A stretch of DNA of 64,000 bases, from the IMG/VR virus record IMGVR_UViG_3300020147_000065, positions 157,109-221,108 of that record; one strand, given 5' to 3'. Under the pieces are notes generated by a model. It saw only the letters and a program-made list of their open reading frames with translations. It made no database searches and was not told where the DNA came from. How positions within the stretch are numbered: position 1 is the stretch's first letter; each line of letters begins with the position of its first letter. Of the stretch, positions 59,709 to 64,000 are shown one piece after another. A program made the translations under genes and the position numbers.

Positions 59709-61190
59709 ATGGCACGAATGAATAGCCTTGTGGCTGCGCTCAACACGACTGTAACTGAGAAGGGCGCTCTCACCAACCGCTCAAGCGGTTCTGCAATGTT
59801 GGATTTCTACGGACAGATGGGCGCTATGCGCGGTCAGTCTGACTCCAACGTAAACTCTACGTTCTCCGCGGCTTTTGCTGCTGAGCGAGCACTTGCTCTC
59901 CGTTCTCTCTTCTATCTCCGTGACGTTCGCGGTGGTAAGGGTGAGCGAAAGACCTTCCGCACCATCCTTGATTGGTTGGTAAAGAATGACCCACAGGTTG
60001 TAATCAATAACCTCGATAACATCTCGTTCTATGGTCGTTACGACGACCTTGCCCGTTTGATTAACTGCGGAAACACTAAGGTGAAGAACGCAGTGGTCGC
60101 AAAGGTCAAGGCTCAGCTTGCGGCTGACAAGAACGACGAACACCCTTCGCTCTTGGCTAAGTGGATGCCCTCCATTAACGCCTCGTCCACAGAGTCTAAG
60201 TCTCTGGCGAAGAAGTGGATTCGTGCTCTCGGTATGTCCGAGGCCGAATATCGTAAGACTCTTTCTGCGCTTCGTGCTCAGATTAAGGTTGTCGAGCGTT
60301 ATATGTGCGCCCGTGATTGGGATTCGATTAACTTCGAGCACGTCCCATCGAACGCTGCAAAGCTGTATCGTAAGGCGTTTAAGACCCGCGCACCTGAGCG
60401 TTACTCTGAGTATCTCGGTGCCGTAGAGAAGGGTGAGAAGACCATCAAGGCTTCTACTCTTTACCCCTACGACCTCGTTCGTCCTTACTTGAAGGCCGGT
60501 GGCTATTACGGTGGACGTGTAAGCGTTGACCGCACTATCGAAGCACAGTGGAAGGCTCTGCCTAACTACCTCGCTGACGATGACACCGACTTCTTGGTAA
60601 TCGCGGACACTTCGGGTTCGATGTTCGACCACTCGTTGGATTTCTTGCCCATCTGCGTATCAGTGTCTTTGGCACTATACTCGGCTGAGCGTAACCGTGG
60701 AGCCTTCAAGGGCTTCTGGATGAACTTCTCAACTTCTCCTACTTTCCAGCAGGTTCGTGGTGAGACTTTGGCTGACAAGATTAGCAACATGGACTACTCT
60801 AACTGGTGTGGTTCTACCAACGTTGACAAGGCTTTCGAGTTGATTCTTTCTCGCGCTCGCGCGGCGAATGTTCCAGCCGACGAAATGCCTAAGATGTTGA
60901 TGGTCATTAGTGATATGCAGTTTGACGGTCACTGCACCGTGACGAACCTTGAGACTTGGAAGAAGAAGTTCGCAACCTACGGTTACGAGGCTCCAACCAT
61001 CGTCTTCTGGAACGTAAACGCACGTCCTGGCCAGTCGCCAATTACTGTAAACGACAAGGGTGTAATGCTTGTTAGCGGTGCGTCCGCAGAGACATTCCGC
61101 GCTGTCCTTTCCGGTAAGAACTTGTCGGCTTACGACGCAATGGTTAATACTCTCAGCAATGAGCGTTACGACCGTGTTGTTGTAGACTAA
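59709..61190 (+). CDS. DUF2828 / TROVE-like vWA domain protein (Ro60-like architecture)
   Basis: TEKGA..SSG..LDF; LFYLRDVRGGKGER; LAKWMPS; LYPYDLV; ADTSGSM; SDMQFD; FWNV. Confidence 0.9.
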   Translation: MARMNSLVAALNTTVTEKGALTNRSSGSAMLDFYGQMGAMRGQSDSNVNSTFSAAFAAERALALRSLFYLRDVRGGKGERKTFRTILDWLVKNDPQVVINNLDNISFYGRYDDLARLINCGNTKVKNAVVAKVKAQLAADKNDEHPSLLAKWMPSINASSTESKSLAKKWIRALGMSEAEYRKTLSALRAQIKVVERYMCARDWDSINFEHVPSNAAKLYRKAFKTRAPERYSEYLGAVEKGEKTIKASTLYPYDLVRPYLKAGGYYGGRVSVDRTIEAQWKALPNYLADDDTDFLVIADTSGSMFDHSLDFLPICVSVSLALYSAERNRGAFKGFWMNFSTSPTFQQVRGETLADKISNMDYSNWCGSTNVDKAFELILSRARAANVPADEMPKMLMVISDMQFDGHCTVTNLETWKKKFATYGYEAPTIVFWNVNARPGQSPITVNDKGVMLVSGASAETFRAVLSGKNLSAYDAMVNTLSNERYDRVVVD

Positions 61191-61207
61191 TCCGGTGTTG
61201 GGCGGGG

Positions 61208-61242
61208 AAAGGGGCAGCTTTCGGGCTGCCCCTTTTCTTTTT
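61208..61242 (+). terminator. intrinsic terminator
   Basis: GGGGCAGC-TTTCGG-GCTGCCCC followed by a T-tract. Confidence 0.8.
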
Positions 61243-61316
61243 GTGATCCTGCCCCCCCCCCTTGCACTAAGTCACCAAAGACGGTATAATTTATTACATG
61301 AGAGGGAGACACTATA

Positions 61317-61661
61317 ATGCACAACGATCAAGAACCGCAGAATGCTCAAGAAACCAGAGTGCATCTCGAATCGGCTAAAAAGCGAGTAGAGCAACTCGAA
61401 GCCCGGCTTCGGGGCTTCGAGCAGAGATGTAACAACGGAAATCATAATTGGGGTCAACCTAAGTATGATCCAATTCATCACGAAGCTTATACTAGTCCCG
61501 GCGACCGGCCCGGCACAATGGGTGTAGACTGGCGAGGCCCAACATACGTCCCTGCTCGAACAGAAGACAGATGGGTTCGAGAATGCCGCGACTGTGGACT
61601 CAAACAAACAACAAAGTATTCGACCAAGAAAGTTACTGAAACCAAGATACCGAGCTTCTAA
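61317..61661 (+). CDS. hypothetical protein
   Basis: GGAG RBS; C..H.W...W.RECRDCG. Confidence 0.7.
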   Translation: MHNDQEPQNAQETRVHLESAKKRVEQLEARLRGFEQRCNNGNHNWGQPKYDPIHHEAYTSPGDRPGTMGVDWRGPTYVPARTEDRWVRECRDCGLKQTTKYSTKKVTETKIPSF

Positions 61662-61987
61662 TGGAACTATGGGAAATTTTAGTCCCCACAGAAATGGAGC
61701 GGGACGGGCTTGTAAAGCCCATCAAAACGCGGTATCATAAGGTGTGGGATTCCAAGGTTCGAGAGATCGCCGGAGGATTAACAATTTCCCCTCCGCATAA
61801 AGGTCAGTGGTTATCCCCCAGTGGTGAGCTATTCGCAGAGCGAATGATTCCAGTGAGGATAGCTTGTACAGAAGAACAGATGGAGAAGATAATGGACTTC
61901 ACCATGACCTACTATAACCAACTTGCAGTGTTAGCATATAGAGTATCGGATAAGGTATTATATAAAGAGAAAGGAGCTATAAAATGA
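61661..61987 (+). CDS. conserved phage hypothetical protein
   Basis: TAATG coupling; GGLTI...GQW.SP.GE...ERMIPVRI. Confidence 0.75.
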   Translation: MELWEILVPTEMERDGLVKPIKTRYHKVWDSKVREIAGGLTISPPHKGQWLSPSGELFAERMIPVRIACTEEQMEKIMDFTMTYYNQLAVLAYRVSDKVLYKEKGAIK

Positions 61988-62463
61988 AAGCTATCCACGG
62001 GTGTTATTACGTCCATCGGTCTGCATGGACACAATTACCAAACAAAGCGGCAATCGTAAGCGCATGGCAACAGACACCTTTTGATTTTATATTTGAGATG
62101 ATTAAATATAACTCTGTTACTGGAGCTGTTACGTTTTCAGAATGTCATGATTGGGACACCGCGTGGGAACCGACACAAGGCGATTCATGGTTAATCCGTT
62201 CCGATGGTAGCACGAAGTTCATAAAACAACCGAAAGACCCTTTCGTTTATCATCACAAACATCTGTTTGTTGATTCAACATATACAGGCTTTGATATAGA
62301 CAAAAGCAAAGCCCGTTCTGAAGCAATGTCAGAGGTTATATTGAAACTCGATAAACCCTACATTGGCCGTAAGTCGTGGTGGGAGACTTTACTGGGAGCC
62401 GAAGTCTGGCGAAATAAAAAGCCCGTAAAAGTCCGTGAAATACTTGACGCCGCTACTCAGTAG
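61984..62463 (+). CDS. hypothetical protein resembling the accessory domain of DNA-phosphorothioation-associated methyltransferases
   Basis: YVHRSA...D.A.EP...YHHKHLFV..Y (recognised by eye). Confidence 0.5.
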   Translation: MKAIHGCYYVHRSAWTQLPNKAAIVSAWQQTPFDFIFEMIKYNSVTGAVTFSECHDWDTAWEPTQGDSWLIRSDGSTKFIKQPKDPFVYHHKHLFVDSTYTGFDIDKSKARSEAMSEVILKLDKPYIGRKSWWETLLGAEVWRNKKPVKVREILDAATQ

Positions 62464-62489
62464 TGGTAAAATATATTGTGAGGAAAATA

Positions 62490-62786
62490 ATGATACGAAC
62501 AAACACAAACACAGGCGCATTTGTCGCCCGATTCAATCACGAATCACCAAACGAACAGCACCGTGGCAAGTCCACCTTTGAACTGGAACAAGAGTTCGGT
62601 GAAGGTAACGCTCTCCAACTCTCCAAAGTAGAAGTAAATGTCCATGAAGGCGACCAGTTCTGTCGTCGAACAGGCCGACGAATCGCTTTCCGTCATGCGA
62701 TGCGAACGCTACGGCACAACAAAGTGCTTGGCCGACCAGAGCGAAAAGCTATTGGTGATGCCATTCGACAGAAAGTTAAGTTGTAA
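62490..62786 (+). CDS. hypothetical protein
   Basis: DQFCRRTGRRIAF motif; GAGG RBS. Confidence 0.7.
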   Translation: MIRTNTNTGAFVARFNHESPNEQHRGKSTFELEQEFGEGNALQLSKVEVNVHEGDQFCRRTGRRIAFRHAMRTLRHNKVLGRPERKAIGDAIRQKVKL

Positions 62787-62871
62787 GGAAAAAGGGCACC
62801 TTTCGGGGTGCCCTTTTCTGCGCTGCCCCCCCCCCTTGCAGGTATCTAACTTCTAAGGTATAATATATTCC

Positions 62872-63447
62872 ATGACACACATCACAAAAGACGTTAATGG
62901 ACTTCCTTTCACTGTTGTTCATGCTTCTGCTCTCGATATTCCTGCTGACTCTATAGTAAACGCGGCCAATTCTGGTCTAAGAGCCGGTAGCGGTATCTGT
63001 GGGGCGATTTATAAAGCCGCAGGTGCCGAAATCCTGAATCGTTATGTCCAAACTCGATTCCCTAATGGGAGTAATACCGGACAATCTGTTATTACCCCTG
63101 CTTTTGGACTTCAAAATCACAGGCGTATTATCCACTCTGTCGGCCCACGATACGATGACCATACTCCACAGGAAGCGGCGCATTATCTGACAATGGCTTA
63201 TTCCTCTGCTATCTATGCTGCTAATTTGGTTGGTAATTCCGTAACGTTCTGTGGGCTATCCACGGGGATTTACGGATACCCTCTTGATGAAGCCGCGTGG
63301 GTTGCTATAAACACTGTAGCCTCACACCTTTATGGTATTGGCTCAAATATGGTTGTGAACTTTGCTCTATTTCAACCAGAAGAGTATCAGGCTTTTGCTA
63401 CTGCTCTCATAAACTGTCAATTTGGTGGGATTACAAGTAATGCCTGA
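62872..63447 (+). CDS. macrodomain ADP-ribose hydrolase
   Basis: IVNAANSGL..GSGICGAIYKAAG; IIHSVGP; LSTGIYGYP. Confidence 0.93.
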   Translation: MTHITKDVNGLPFTVVHASALDIPADSIVNAANSGLRAGSGICGAIYKAAGAEILNRYVQTRFPNGSNTGQSVITPAFGLQNHRRIIHSVGPRYDDHTPQEAAHYLTMAYSSAIYAANLVGNSVTFCGLSTGIYGYPLDEAAWVAINTVASHLYGIGSNMVVNFALFQPEEYQAFATALINCQFGGITSNA

Positions 63448-63871
63448 CCCTAAGCGCGATAGTAAATTCATGGATTTGGCGTTTAAATACGCTGCTGATA
63501 CGCCTCAATTCGCATGTGCGCGAGTTGGGGCTATCCTCGTTATTCGTAATGAGGTGATCGCTTATGGTTTTAATACTGATAAGAAGCATCCTCTTGCTGT
63601 TAAACACCAGAAATGCGAAGGTGCGATTTATCCTCATGCAGAAGTAATGGCGGTTTATAATGCAGCTAAGAGACTTACATGGAGAGAATTTCAAAAGAGC
63701 ACTCTCTATGTGGCAAGGGCTAAACAAACCATCCACGGGGAAACAATTAAAGGTCTTGCAAAACCTTGTGTGGGTTGTCAGGGTTTGATTGAGCAGTTTA
63801 GAATAAAACGTGTCGTCTGGACGGACGACACTATTTTCTGCGATTGGTCGCGCGGTGACCCGTGGGACTAA
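63440..63871 (+). CDS. cytidine/dCMP deaminase family protein
   Basis: HAE...PCVGC. Confidence 0.9.
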   Translation: MPDPKRDSKFMDLAFKYAADTPQFACARVGAILVIRNEVIAYGFNTDKKHPLAVKHQKCEGAIYPHAEVMAVYNAAKRLTWREFQKSTLYVARAKQTIHGETIKGLAKPCVGCQGLIEQFRIKRVVWTDDTIFCDWSRGDPWD

Positions 63872-63934
63872 TTGCCCCCCCCCCTCGGACAACACTTGAC
63901 ACGATAGGTAAAAAACGATAAAATATATATTGCT

Positions 63935-64000
63935 ATGATTTTCGACAAGATGATTGGACAAGAACAAGCCAAAGATTTACTCCAATTCTATCTTGAGGCG
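63935..64000 (+). CDS. partial ORF, possible AAA+ ATPase N-terminus
   Basis: MIFDKMIGQEQAKDLL; truncated by the window end. Confidence 0.45.
   Translation, partial: MIFDKMIGQEQAKDLLQFYLEA

Larger units (their letters stand above)
1053..63866. repeat. Dispersed CCACGGG/CCCGTGG motif (~45 copies, both orientations)
   Basis: Seen at e.g. 3640, 4313, 9617, 11185, 14175, 19665, 20039, 25079, 27468, 37258, 47963, 50704, 52762; often inside -35/-10 spacers. Confidence 0.8.
627..63883. repeat. Dispersed C-tract promoter module, ~90 copies: hairpin-TG-C(7-11)-TTGnnn-N~17-TAnAAT-N5-8-ATG
   Basis: Examples at 2727, 5796, 10721, 11766, 22080, 32333, 57906, 62825; about 80 copies in the first 36 kb. 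Inverted copies at ~40025, 40762 and 42943 precede minus-strand genes. Confidence 0.95.

Noticed and set aside
59781-60632. 283-aa minus-strand ORF
   Set aside because: Antisense shadow of the strongly codon-biased DUF2828 gene, with no motifs.
18221-63266. TATCCACGGG as DnaA boxes or an origin
   Set aside because: It differs from TTATCCACA at the 3' end and is dispersed rather than clustered.
627-63883. C-tracts as sequencing artefacts or Chi/KOPS-like strand signals
   Set aside because: The fixed TG...TTG context and inversion with gene direction argue they are real and transcription-linked; exact tract lengths may still be error-prone.
1-64000. Genome-wide stop-codon reassignment
   Set aside because: TAA, TAG and TGA all end genes at module hairpins, and long genes are intact under code 11.

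Overview
This window looks like part of a large (jumbo-type) phage genome; no structural or replication core genes are present. (1) 1-38 kb: about 90 small, mostly + strand, mostly hypothetical genes. Nearly every gene is its own module: hairpin, TG-C(7-11), TTGnnn, ~17 nt, TAnAAT, 5-8 nt, then an often leaderless ATG. I counted about 90 C-tracts by eye. The region includes an 8-copy tandem paralog array, a dispersed 4-member family, three apparently non-coding modules and a pilin-like mini-gene. (2) 38-53 kb: about 39 tRNA genes covering all 20 amino acids, including a CTA amber suppressor, plus tmRNA, TatA, a Pth2-like protein and HNH genes. (3) 53-64 kb: HD (p)ppGpp hydrolase-like protein, DNA ligase, GIY-YIG/AP2 endonuclease, PARP, DUF2828/TROVE-like vWA protein, macrodomain and deaminase. 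The best candidate for a new system is a family of seven 'stem-N2-ACAGCAA' RNAs. Six start right after a tRNA or tRNA-like 3' end, several carry tRNA-mimic cargo (a circularly permuted tRNA-Phe, an acceptor-less UCA tRNA), and they cluster in front of the DUF2828/TROVE-like gene and against its RBS. All calls come from reading the sequence by eye; no searches were run and counts are approximate.
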